A stretch of 64,000 bases of DNA from an uncultured Nitrososphaeraceae archaeon. Its GTDB lineage: Archaea > Thermoproteota > Nitrososphaeria > Nitrososphaerales > Nitrososphaeraceae. Made by a program: the position numbers and the translations under genes. The stretch covers positions 1-64,000 of the forward strand of contig CAWIMJ010000052.1 in NCBI GenBank assembly GCA_963837175.1, in the 5' to 3' direction. Positions 34,648 to 45,022 of the stretch are shown piece by piece; within the stretch, counting starts at the first letter, position 1, and every line of letters starts with the position of its first letter. The notes beneath the pieces were generated by a model. It worked only from the letters and a program-made list of their open reading frames with translations, was not told where the DNA came from and searched no databases.

Positions 34648-35006
34648 ATGGCTAACAAACAAAACTTGAACAAAAGTTAGGTGAGGCACTCGGTTTAGAA
34701 ATGGCAACTCAAAAAGCAGTTGAAGAACTTAGCTCAAAAGGCTTATTGGAGCAAGGAGGGATGAAGACTAAATTACAAGGAATGAAACGAGAAGCTAACA
34801 ATCATCAGACACAGACTGAAGAATTAGTTCAAAGATTATCTCAGTCAGAAGGCTTGAATTCTGAAACTATCCAAGAATCAGCAAAAGAAACTGAGCATAA
34901 AGCTTCTAAGATAATGCAAACTTATCTGGGTGAAGATCCTGATTCTTCAGAAGCATTAGAGTTTTTGTGTCTAGCAGAAGGTGGTGGGGTAACACTCCAC
35001 TTTTGA
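34648..35006 (+). pseudogene. Ferritin-like four-helix protein, frameshifted at the start and truncated
   Basis: ATG 34648 is out of frame with KLEQKLGEALGLEMATQKA..EANNH..ALEFLCLAEGG; the last helices are missing. Confidence 0.65.
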
Positions 35007-35140
35007 TTTAAAAAGAATTTGATCTATATTTAAAAATCCTACAAAAGTTAATTGAATATCTCTAGATGCTGGAAATTAAAAAAATTTAAAAAACCTATGA
35101 AAAAAAAGGTAAGTATGGGCTATAACTACTGCGTGCTCGA

Positions 35141-35356
35141 TCACTTGTTCATTCTAATAACATCTACTTGACCACTATGCAACCAATTCTTTAGTTCTTC
35201 ATGACTTGGCTTAACATCATGCTTGCCGGCCAAATGAAGGTGCAAAAATGCATAGTTAATCTGATTTAGCAATGGCTTGTTTTGTTCATCACCATTACGG
35301 CTTTTCTGCTGTAAATCAACTGGAACTGTCTTCCACCAATCGTTGAAGCTTCTCAT
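35141..35356 (-). CDS. Hypothetical protein
   Basis: Clean 71-aa ORF with TTTATAA about 25 bp upstream (leaderless). Confidence 0.75.
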   Translation of the reverse strand: MRSFNDWWKTVPVDLQQKSRNGDEQNKPLLNQINYAFLHLHLAGKHDVKPSHEELKNWLHSGQVDVIRMNK

Positions 35357-35733
35357 GTTGTGATAAGTATTAGATTATAAAGGCTTTAAAGATTGGGATA
35401 TATCTTAACTTTTAGGCTTGAATATAGCTTAAACTGGAGGTTACCGTCAACTACTTTGTTATTAGCATTATTGTTATTCCCATCCCAACAGAAAATGCCT
35501 CAGTCATTACTTTCATTTTGCCTTTTCAGCATAATCTAATTCTTCATGAATATTCTTGATTTAATTATTATCATGATATAGATGCCTGTGGTACAAATTT
35601 GATTCAAATCTGTCTTGTATCCCACTGAACGAATGAGCTATATCATTTATTCAAAAAATAGAATGCAGAGGTTTAAGAAATAGAGAGGCAGAAACAAAAT
35701 ATTTAACATACATACGTCTGGTTAAAAAATTAG

Positions 35734-36012
35734 CTACCTTCTTCTTGCCACTATTGTATGTGTTTGCTCTACATACCATCTAATAGTATCTTTAAACTTT
35801 GACCACCAATCTAAAAATGAATCAGCACTATCAGCTTCAAATAACAAAAAACCATTGTATTCTGTTCCCCATGCATGGACATATTCCCCTACTAGCTCAA
35901 TACCAGAAGGTAAGTTATTCTTCAATTCGCGCCATTCATCATTAGCTTTTTGAGTTTCTTCTTTAGTCATTGCTTTAAATCGATAAAATACTAAGAATGC
36001 AGTAGCAACCAT
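35734..36012 (-). CDS. Dimeric alpha+beta barrel protein (GYD/DUF3303-like)
   Basis: FLVFYRF, GIELVGEYVHAWGTEYNGFLLFEADS ferredoxin-like pattern. Confidence 0.7.
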   Translation of the reverse strand: MVATAFLVFYRFKAMTKEETQKANDEWRELKNNLPSGIELVGEYVHAWGTEYNGFLLFEADSADSFLDWWSKFKDTIRWYVEQTHTIVARRR

Positions 36013-36030
36013 ATGTGTGTATATAGTAAC

Positions 36031-36055
36031 ATGAACTCAATATTTAAGAGTTCAT
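36031..36055. promoter_or_regulatory. Operator-like inverted repeat ATGAACTC-N9-GAGTTCAT around the TATA box of 36012
   Basis: Perfect 8-bp arms enclosing TTAAATATT (minus strand). Confidence 0.55.
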
Positions 36056-36125
36056 ACAATGCATTTTCTTTAGATTTTTCTAATAATGCGAAAGAAAGAA
36101 TCCTAATATAAGCACAATTACAAAT

Positions 36126-36536
36126 TTAAAATAAACTTTTTGGTTGCTCTTCCTCAGATTCATATAGATAGCCCAAGACTGTTTCAGCAACTTCTCCAGG
36201 AGAAGTATGGCTCTGTGCTAATACTACTATTAAACGATTCGACTCATATATTTTAATAACTCTTATTTTGTCGTATTCTGATATATCCCAAAGATGTTGT
36301 CCTAATGATGATGGATTTGCTCTTTGCTCTTTGCTCTTTTCAAAATTAATATTTAGATCTGACCTTACAGAATCAACTATAGAACTATCTATCTTTGCAT
36401 CCTCTGCAATGAATAAATCAGAAATATTGCCATCCGGATTTATAATGAAAACAGCCATTATCTTTTCGTCTACTTCGACTATATGTTTAGCCTTGTCATA
36501 AGAAGAAGAGGAAGACGACGACGATCCTTCGTTCAT
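36126..36536 (-). CDS. Roadblock/profilin-like (DUF6659-type) domain protein
   Basis: IVEVDEKIMAVFIINPDG...LG.....ISEYDKIRVI. Confidence 0.65.
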   Translation of the reverse strand: MNEGSSSSSSSSYDKAKHIVEVDEKIMAVFIINPDGNISDLFIAEDAKIDSSIVDSVRSDLNINFEKSKEQRANPSSLGQHLWDISEYDKIRVIKIYESNRLIVVLAQSHTSPGEVAETVLGYLYESEEEQPKSLF

Positions 36537-36741
36537 ATTAATTCATATTCTACCATGACTTTTATTTATTGATCTTTTCAAATTATTTATATAAACAAGC
36601 AAACAACATATACGGTAGCACACAATATTTTTTTTCTTATTATTATGACAAAGCAATAGTAGTATATACTCCTCAGCTTCCTCTACTGCCGTCCGCTTGT
36701 TTTGTTTTTATCATTATTTATTGATTTTCTAATAGGATTCT

Positions 36742-37968
36742 CTATCTAGATTGCAATACATCATCTTTTCTATATGCCATTTTAAGCCATATTGGAGTGA
36801 TAATTGTAGTTACTGCGACCATAATAATGACAGACGTATAGATATCTGTAGTTAAAGCACCTGCTGAAACACCAACTCCAGCCACAATCAAGCCAACTTC
36901 TCCTCTAGATATCATCCCTATACCTACTTTCATTGCTCTACTTTTATTACCTTGCAGAAATATCATTGCAGGTAGTCCACATCCAACTAATTTGGTAATA
37001 ATAGCAACTGCTATTATTACTCCTGCAAGGTACAATACGTTCAAATTGATGCCTCTAAGGTCTACTTGAGCTCCTATAATCGCAAAAAATAATGGTGCAA
37101 AGATAATTCCTAATTTTGAGACATATTCTTCTATCTGTTTGATTACCCTGGTGCTGGCTACAGCCATGCCTATTGAAAAAGCTCCTACTATAGGAGATAG
37201 ACCTACAATTGCTGCAATACCTGCTGCTCCAAAGAATACAGCAGTTGTTATACCTTCAACGCTACCTTCTGAGCGCCATAATCTTTCTACATGTAATATC
37301 CTTGGCACTATTAGTATTGCACCAACTAATACAACAGCAAATAATCCAAGTATCTTTAGAATTAGGAAGGTGATATCAATAAGATTTGGAGTTATGTTTC
37401 CTGTTTGTACCATTGTAGTAACTACAGATAATGCCGCAATAGCGAGAATATCATCTACTATAGCAGCCCCTAAGATTAATCTAGATTCCTTTGATTTCAT
37501 TTTTCCTAGTTCAGTTAATACTTGTATAGATATTGCAATACTTGTGGCAGTCAAGGCAGTTGCAATAAGCATAGATTGTATTGCTTCTAATCCAATTATA
37601 GTAGTAAATACATAATAACCAACAAAGAACGGTACTATTACTCCAAGTGAACCTACAGTAAATGACGCTGCTCCGCCTTTCAAAAATTCTCTTGGTGTAA
37701 TTTCAAGACCTGCTATAAACAATATTACAATAGCAGATATTTCTCCTATATGCCTGATAGTTTCATCAAGAACAACTAGAGGTTCTCCATTATAGATAGG
37801 TATTATTCCTCCCAATGCATAAGGCCCGACAATAATGCCAGCTAATAATTCTCCTAATACAACGGGCATTTTTATTCTATGAAAAAGTTCAGCAAATAGC
37901 TTGGCAGCAAAAAGGAGGATAGAAAGGGTAATTATTATATGAAGGAGTGATATTGATTCGACAGCCAC
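36742..37968 (-). CDS. Cation:proton antiporter (CPA2/NapA family)
   Basis: LGELLAGIIVGP, ATSIAI, AIVDDI, GMISRGEVGLI, many TM helices. Confidence 0.95.
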   Translation of the reverse strand: MAVESISLLHIIITLSILLFAAKLFAELFHRIKMPVVLGELLAGIIVGPYALGGIIPIYNGEPLVVLDETIRHIGEISAIVILFIAGLEITPREFLKGGAASFTVGSLGVIVPFFVGYYVFTTIIGLEAIQSMLIATALTATSIAISIQVLTELGKMKSKESRLILGAAIVDDILAIAALSVVTTMVQTGNITPNLIDITFLILKILGLFAVVLVGAILIVPRILHVERLWRSEGSVEGITTAVFFGAAGIAAIVGLSPIVGAFSIGMAVASTRVIKQIEEYVSKLGIIFAPLFFAIIGAQVDLRGINLNVLYLAGVIIAVAIITKLVGCGLPAMIFLQGNKSRAMKVGIGMISRGEVGLIVAGVGVSAGALTTDIYTSVIIMVAVTTIITPIWLKMAYRKDDVLQSR

Positions 37969-38258
37969 TTCTTATCTATTAAACAATCAAAAGGAAATTA
38001 TCTATAAGTGGTTTTTGATTTATATCATCATGCTGCAAAGATAGTAAAGAGCCAAAAAAACTTGATTACGCGGATATAGAATTATACAAATAAAAAGAAG
38101 CAAAGCAAACAGAACAAGTAGGAACGAACCAAGGCTTCTCACCAACTTTAAAAAAAAGGGTAAATTATAACATCAAGAGTCAATATCATTGTTCTATGTT
38201 GCTTCAAATTCTTGTACTTTGGGGATGCGTGCCTGAAATAACTAGAGATTGTGTAGAT

Positions 38259-38528
38259 ATGACAAATACATCAAGTACATATCTGAGCATTGCTTTAGGA
38301 GCGATAGTTGGTGGAGTAATAAGTTGGTTGATCTATAATATGCAAAAGAAAACCTCTGTTAAACAGGACGAGACACTCAGACGCATCAGCGAACTGGAGG
38401 AAAGTCATGATAAAGTTTTGAAAACAATACAGCAGTTCCAAAAACATCACGAAAAACTTCTTAGTCAAATACTTAATTTGGATGAAAAGATAGATGCCAT
38501 AATCGAAAAGGAGGATAGAAGAGGATAA
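38259..38528 (+). CDS. Single-TM coiled-coil protein
   Basis: N-terminal TM (YLSIALGAIVGGVISWLIY) followed by heptads; the ORF track begins it at 38196. Confidence 0.7.
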   Translation: MTNTSSTYLSIALGAIVGGVISWLIYNMQKKTSVKQDETLRRISELEESHDKVLKTIQQFQKHHEKLLSQILNLDEKIDAIIEKEDRRG

Positions 38529-38731
38529 TACTATAATCTTGCAATTACCGCATGAACTTGGTCAACTGATTACCAAGGATAACTATAAAAATGAAGCACC
38601 TGAAATTTGGCCGTTATAATAATAGGATGCCGATTTTCAACTATTTACAAATGCTAGCTTGAAAATATGGCATAAGATAACTCCATCATAACTCTTTATT
38701 ATTCAATTAAGCGATTAGATTTTTAATCTGT

Positions 38732-40175
38732 TTGTTTTTAAATTACTATAAATTGCTTAAAGCAGCATTAAGATACGATAATGGTACCATCTTGATAACA
38801 GGTATTGCTCATATACCTTTTGCCACAGTTGATCCAAGGACAAATCACTTGAGAGCACAGGCATTATACTATCAAAATATTGTAGAGTATCTAAAGCAAA
38901 GTGAGATAGTCTGTGATGATTATGTTTTAGATCTAATACCTTCTCCAAATATTTTGATAGATAATAATAATAATAATACTAAAAACAACAACAACAACAA
39001 TAACCACCACCTTACTTTAAGAGACTACCAACAAAAGGCACTTGATAATTGGTCTAAAGCAGGTAAGAGAGGATGTGTAGTCTTACCAACAGGCTCAGGC
39101 AAGACTGTTATTGGGGTGAAGGCAATAGAAATGGTAAACTCTGCCTCTCTAATTATAGTTCCCACAATAGATCTTATGGATCAATGGACATCAGGTACTA
39201 TCAAAATATTTTCCTAATATCAAAATTGGAAATTTGGGTGGTGGGGTAGATGATATTCAGGCAATAACAGTATCCACATATGATTCAGCATACATAAGAG
39301 CATCTAATCTTGGTAATAGATTTGCTTTAATTATTCTCGACGAGGTTCACCATCTGGCGGCACCGGGCTATAGAACAATCGCAGAGCAGTTTGCATCTCC
39401 GTTTCGTTTGGGGTTGACTGCTACAATTGAGAGAGAAGATGAGTTACATAAAGACTTTCCACGGCTTGTTGGCGGTGTTGTGTTTCAAGCACACGCTTTC
39501 GATCTTGCCAAAAACAAACATCTAGCTTCTTATGAAATTGAAAGAAGACAAGTAGATATGCTGCCAGAAGAGCTTGAAGAATACAAAAAGCAGTTTGGTA
39601 TATATCAAGTTTGTTTGAAGAAGGTAGGACTAAGAATGAACTATGCTGGTGCCTTTAGACGATTGATAATGATCTCTGGAAGAAGCATTGCTGCAAGAGA
39701 GGCTGTGTTAGCAAGAAATAAGGCTATGGATATTGCGTTAAACAGCAGATCTAAAATAGAAGAATTAAGAAAAATATTAGCAGAAAATAGGGGTCTTAGG
39801 ACAATAATATTTACTCAACATAACAAATTAGTATATGAGATATCAAATAGATTTCTAATACCATTTATAACCCATAAATCCGGCAAGGAAGAAAGACAGC
39901 ACACTTTAAGTGGATTTAAAGATGGAAGGTACAATGCCATAGTTACATCCAAAGTCTTAGATGAAGGAGTAGATGTTCCAGATGCACAACTGGGAATAAT
40001 TCTTAGTGGAACTGGTAGCAGCAGGGAATTTATCCAGAGATTAGGAAGATTGCTACGACCTAAACCCGATTCAAATAGAAAAGCAAAGCTAATTGAAATT
40101 ATATCCTCAGGTACTAGAGAGACAGGAACCAGTGCTAAAAGGAAAAAGGCATTGAACAGAGTAGAAGATGGATAA
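38732..40175 (+). CDS. XPB/Rad25-like SF2 DNA helicase, +1 frameshift at about 39194
   Basis: LRDYQ, LPTGSGKT, DEVH, LGLTAT, VLDEGVDVP, QRLGR. Removing one G gives WTSVLSKYFPNIKIGNLGGG. Confidence 0.92.
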
Positions 40176-40476
40176 TAAATAATAAAAAATAATAATAAGA
40201 ATAATAATAATAAAAAATAAGAATCTCTCAACGATACAAAGATAATGATCGAAATCGAACTCAAATTACCTGTTAATTACAACAATAAGAATAGTATTGA
40301 ATATGTACACTGGCAATTTAAAACAAAATTATACTACTTTATTATTTTGAATCCACATATAGCGTTCAATATTATTACTGAAGATGATGATGGTGAGGCA
40401 CAATAGTACAGTTATTGTCACATCCTAACTATGCCCATCTTCGAATGCATTAGACCGTCTTGCATACCTCAATTGG

Positions 40477-41346
40477 CTAGTGTCCATAATTGACCTCCCA
40501 TACTGCTGGGCCTCTTTCAGTTTCATTTGCGCCGGCAATATTCACATTAAGAGTACCGTTGCCGCTCAACCTGAGGTATTCAGGAGTTCCAACTATGGTA
40601 GCATTAGTACGAACAACAGAGCTTCCTGCTTGAACAATTTTAGGATTAGTCAGGGCAAAATTAACAGTGTCTGTGCCATTCTGCCCGTGTAAGTTCAGTG
40701 TTTCAGGGTAGTTGTGTGCTCCAGAGGTATCGGTGATGTTTCGTCCCGATGCATTTACACTAACACCTTTCATAATATCGTATACGACTTGATTATCTCT
40801 TGCTATATACATACTCGAAATTAAACCGGCGCCGCCAAATCTTCCCGGTGGCACGGCACTATTAAAAACCAAATCAGCTCCAAATCCCTTAGGAGATTCA
40901 GCGTGGAGTTTGATAGTTTTCAGATCATCAAGGACCCAATTGTTACCCATAGTTACGTTAAGCGTATTGCGTGCAGAAAAGAATTTGTCAGTACTTACAT
41001 GAATCTGGTCACGATGCACTGTGCCATTAGGAGTCGTAAGGTTGAAACCCACATACGGATCAAGTGGTCCAGAGTTATTCATCCAAGGCTTTACAAGGAA
41101 AGTAATCTCAGCATGAGAACCATCATCAAATGTTCCCTGAAAGTACCACCACTCAAAAGTGCCAGGCATTGGATTGGTTCGTAAGCCATTTTCCGAGGGT
41201 TGCATTGTAGGAGCTAAATCTTCATATTCCATATATTGTCGCGTGTCTCCTACGATCACATGTGTTTGTGGAGTAGTTGCACCTGCAGTCGCGGAATATA
41301 ATAAAATGTTGATCAGTCCTATAGACAATATTGCGACTATAGCCAT
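40477..41346 (-). CDS. Secreted AttH/CrtC-like lipocalin-fold protein, probably with an internal deletion
   Basis: Signal peptide and FEWWYF..FDDG motif. The expected GYHD.NWG segment is absent. Higher GC than the flanks. Confidence 0.6.
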   Translation of the reverse strand: MAIVAILSIGLINILLYSATAGATTPQTHVIVGDTRQYMEYEDLAPTMQPSENGLRTNPMPGTFEWWYFQGTFDDGSHAEITFLVKPWMNNSGPLDPYVGFNLTTPNGTVHRDQIHVSTDKFFSARNTLNVTMGNNWVLDDLKTIKLHAESPKGFGADLVFNSAVPPGRFGGAGLISSMYIARDNQVVYDIMKGVSVNASGRNITDTSGAHNYPETLNLHGQNGTDTVNFALTNPKIVQAGSSVVRTNATIVGTPEYLRLSGNGTLNVNIAGANETERGPAVWEVNYGH

Positions 41347-41544
41347 CTTGATCAGAGGGTGTCGAGTCCTCTGTTTTATCGTATCATAAAAATTTTTTAT
41401 AATAAGTTCATTAAATTATCAGTAATATTGTCTCTTTAAGGGATTTTCATATGATATATACAATCTTGTCTGGCATTGGAGACTGTTTGCAGATATCTAT
41501 CGTAACCAAGGCTTATCAATAAAAATATTGGTACGATGGAAAAC

Positions 41545-41776
41545 CGTTCCTGCAATTTCGTGACCGGGTGGTAGTGGGGTAACTTACGCTCCAATCACTA
41601 GTCTTAAAAAATTGTCCATCAAGTACTTCATAACCGCCTTACCATAGATGAATATCATTGTGATAGACGTCAGATGAGTGAACCTTTACAAGAACTTGTG
41701 AACCTCTTGGCTTTGGCAGATTAAGCTGTTGTATTTCTAAAGATTCTTCTGGTTTAATGATCCTTGCAGCTTTCAT
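41545..41776 (-). pseudogene. Zn-dependent alcohol dehydrogenase N-terminal remnant
   Basis: MKAARII...PKPRGSQVLVKV...HNDIHLW*GGY...PGHEIAGTV. Its ATG overlaps the nitroreductase stop (ATGA). Confidence 0.8.
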
Positions 41777-42384
41777 CCTGATATCTTTCGTTCCCTAAAA
41801 TATCCTTCCATTACTATATCCGCCAAAGGTTTTCTATCATTTGGAAATTCTCTTTCTTGAAGCTTTGGAGGAAGATTCTCCTTTGGTCCCCTCTTACCAA
41901 TCGCAATCATTGCCATGACATCGAAATTATCAGGAATTTGCAAGTCCACTCTGGCTTTTTTATAGTCAAAGCCCTCCATGCCATGAGTAACAATTCCGCG
42001 TAGAGATGCTTCTAATGCCAAATTCTCCCATGCAGCGCCTGCATCCAATTGATGAGTTATAGAAGCTCTTTCATCATACTCGAAATTCTTCCTTGAAATT
42101 ACAGCGACTAATACAGCAGCATTTATTGCCCATATTTTGTTGCCTTCATACAACAGATTGAAGAGTCTATCCCAGTTCTCAGTATTTCTTTTTGCATAAA
42201 TAAATCTCCATGGCTGATTATTAAAAGACGATGGAGCCCACCTTGCAGCCTCAAAAAGACTCATTATATCTTCATCATTTAATTCTTCTCCACTCATTGA
42301 CCTAGGAGACCATCTATTAATAAATAAGGGGTTTATTTTGTATGCAGGACGTCTTGTATGCTCAACTTCCGGTTTGAGCGTCAT
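41773..42384 (-). CDS. Nitroreductase family protein
   Basis: RWSPRSM, EAARWAPSSFNNQPWRF, DAGAAW, HGMEGFD. Confidence 0.95.
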   Translation of the reverse strand: MTLKPEVEHTRRPAYKINPLFINRWSPRSMSGEELNDEDIMSLFEAARWAPSSFNNQPWRFIYAKRNTENWDRLFNLLYEGNKIWAINAAVLVAVISRKNFEYDERASITHQLDAGAAWENLALEASLRGIVTHGMEGFDYKKARVDLQIPDNFDVMAMIAIGKRGPKENLPPKLQEREFPNDRKPLADIVMEGYFRERKISG

Positions 42385-42464
42385 AATTTAGTGTGAGCAG
42401 TATAATATATAGTGGTATTAGGTATATCTTGTATAAGGCATTCTTTTTTACAACTAATCATCAG

Positions 42465-42900
42465 ATTTACACATCTACAGTGCGTTTAGGAACGTCCATT
42501 GTGCCAACCTATCCACACCAACCGATGGCCCTGGCACAACAGGCTCTGGCTCTCCATGATATTGCACCAGATCGATTGCGCCTTGGATATGGATCCAGTC
42601 ATCGCATTATTATAGAGGATATCTATGGCTTGCCGCAGACAGCACCTTTAGCCCACCTGCGCGAATATGTGAAAGTGCTCGCATGCCGCACTCTGGGAAG
42701 GGAAGGTCAATCATCACGGACAGTTCTTTAACGTTGTAGTCACGTTGCCAGTACAGCGCATATTCCAGTGTTAATTTCGACACTAGGAAAAAAGGCGTTT
42801 GAATTGGCTGGAGAAATGCTGACAGAGCCATTTCATGCGGGTATACTACTCCGTTTTTGTTCCGTACGGGAATTCCTGGAGGCACAGCAGCGGCCATCAC
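42465..42900 (+). pseudogene. LLM-class flavin-dependent oxidoreductase fragment
   Basis: RLGTSIVPTYPHQP, RLRLGYGSSH, HLREYV, LWEGKVNHHGQFF, FELAGE. Frameshifted and visibly more GC-rich than the flanks. Confidence 0.8.
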
Positions 42901-43136
42901 CTGGCTTTGAAGAGAAGCCAATGCCTAAATTTTTTTACACATATCTAGATCCAAAAAACATTTAGACTAGCAATGGACATAGTTAAGATAGTTCTCAATT
43001 TACTACTTAGTATGCTCTTAATATTTGGTGCTTACTTTTTCATATGATCTTTTTTTATTTTGCATAAGATTTTATTATAATAATTCCATTTTATATCAAT
43101 CAGAAATAGGAATAATAGTAAAAAGAAGAGTGAAAG

Positions 43137-43508
43137 ATGAGTCAGAGTGAGACTAATAAACGAAGAACTAGAATGGATGTAAATCATTCTAATATAAATC
43201 AGAAAAAACTTGCAGAGTATAGGCGATTTCAGCTTGATTACTCCTATGAAGTGGGGAAGATCTATAATCACAATGAAATATCGAAGGCTCGAATTTCTCC
43301 GATCTTTAATAGAGAATATAACCTAGCATATGGATACGGCATAGACAATGTGGTATTACCTTCAGATATTGAGAGCTACAGCACTAGGCAAGGAAATGGA
43401 GTAAAAATGATTTCTCATGTTAAAGATGTCTTTAGCAAAGGACAGATAGTAATTCAGCCATTTTTGCTATATTTTCATATTGGTATAGAAGACAATCAAG
43501 ATTTTTGA
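43137..43508 (+). CDS. Hypothetical protein
   Basis: 123-aa ORF with no recognised motif. Confidence 0.45.
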   Translation: MSQSETNKRRTRMDVNHSNINQKKLAEYRRFQLDYSYEVGKIYNHNEISKARISPIFNREYNLAYGYGIDNVVLPSDIESYSTRQGNGVKMISHVKDVFSKGQIVIQPFLLYFHIGIEDNQDF

Positions 43509-44209
43509 GATGTGATGTCTAGTTAAATCAAAGAGTTATTTAATAAAAAAGATTATAGTAAAAAATATTGTTCTATATATTACCACTATTACTAATATCA
43601 TTATAAAAATGATAAAAAAATAAAAATAATAATATAATATTGCTTACAGTAAATACCTCATATTAAAATCTCGCTGTCACGAGCTTCAAATAATTGCCTA
43701 TGCTTTTTCTCAGGATCTTCTATTTCTTGGCTATAGAAAATGTCTTCAATATTGTGTCCAAATGGTGTACTTTGAAATCAACAATTTTCTTTGCTTTTCA
43801 GTTCTCCTCATTGGTAACGTTTGCGTCCATCGGAGAAGTATAAAGCTTACTCTATATTAATAACTTCGCTAAAATAAAGCGCGTGTAAAAATCCGTGTAA
43901 TAATTTTAAATTCGTGTAAAGCGTTGTATTACTGGGCTCCACTAAATAATACTTGAATATATAGCTTATTGTATCACCGCATTTTTCTTGTACAAATCTA
44001 CTAATCTCTGGACTACATATGACATAGAATCTCTATATTTAGCCATCTCTCTCTATTAGCTCCTCCTTGCGTATGCGGATCTATTCTATAAACTTGATAG
44101 GTTTTTCTGGCATGTGGTACTTTAATACCCCATAATGCATAGTTTACGTTATAGTATACGGTAAAGTTTATGTCGTTATATATGGTAAACTTTAGATTGT
44201 AGAGTTATG

Positions 44210-44340
44210 TAAATTGGCAAAGAAAGAGGGATGGATATGAGCAGGTCGTTAATGCTGTAGATATTGCTGCTAATAAACTTCCATATGTGGAAAGTCTCTA
44301 TAGACAAGTCAAAGAGGATCTAGATAATCTTTATCATAGA
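44210..44340 (+). pseudogene. Fragment of a multi-copy coiled-coil protein (same recalled class as 6600-6800)
   Basis: LAKKEG..EQVVNAVDIAANKLPYVESLYRQVKEDLDNL. Confidence 0.4.
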
Positions 44341-44837
44341 GGACAAATGTAAAAGCTTCATTGGATAAAATAGGAAATCTCGATATTTTCCTGTTCAAAC
44401 ATATATAATATTCTCAGTGGTTAATCTATATTTATCAAAATATGTAGCACACCAATGGCATGTTTTCACAAAGGATCAATATGTCTTCCACAGAGCCATA
44501 CTCCTTTTTTCATTATCTGCAGCAATTTGGAATGTCGTTATTTGTATGTATTACTGTTAACACAAGCAAATAATCTTTGTTGAGGTGTATTCTTGAAATG
44601 CTGCGATGAAACTTGACTAATTTCGAGTGAAAATGTATAAACCTAACTTTAATAATTATAAATAAGATAAATTCATTCACCAAAACATTTTTGGCTGTTG
44701 GTCTAATTGCATTTGTTAAATTAGTTCCAATTTTGGATTATTTATATTAACATACATAAAGCTATTTCGGATATTAAATTTCAATTGTTAGGATATTTAG
44801 GAGAATGCCTTATATTGTTTTAGTTTATACTAAAAAT

Positions 44838-45002
44838 ATGCTTGAAAACGTGAACCTTGTCATATACTCTGTCATTGGCTTTGCGATCAGCTACTTGTCT
44901 CTTGAAGTTACTTGGCATATCACTGCGTGCAGAATGTCAGATGAGACAATAAAGCCATGTCTCTTCAAGGCAGTAAAAACAGTAGTATTGAATAGATTAT
45001 GA
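44838..45002 (+). CDS. 54-aa single-TM micro-protein with two conserved Cys (copy 1)
   Basis: MLENVNLVIYSVIGFAISYLSLEVTWHITACRMSDETIKPCLFKAVK... The paralog at 47386 fixes the start. Confidence 0.8.
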   Translation: MLENVNLVIYSVIGFAISYLSLEVTWHITACRMSDETIKPCLFKAVKTVVLNRL

Positions 45003-45022
45003 TGCAATAAAAAAGATGTTCA

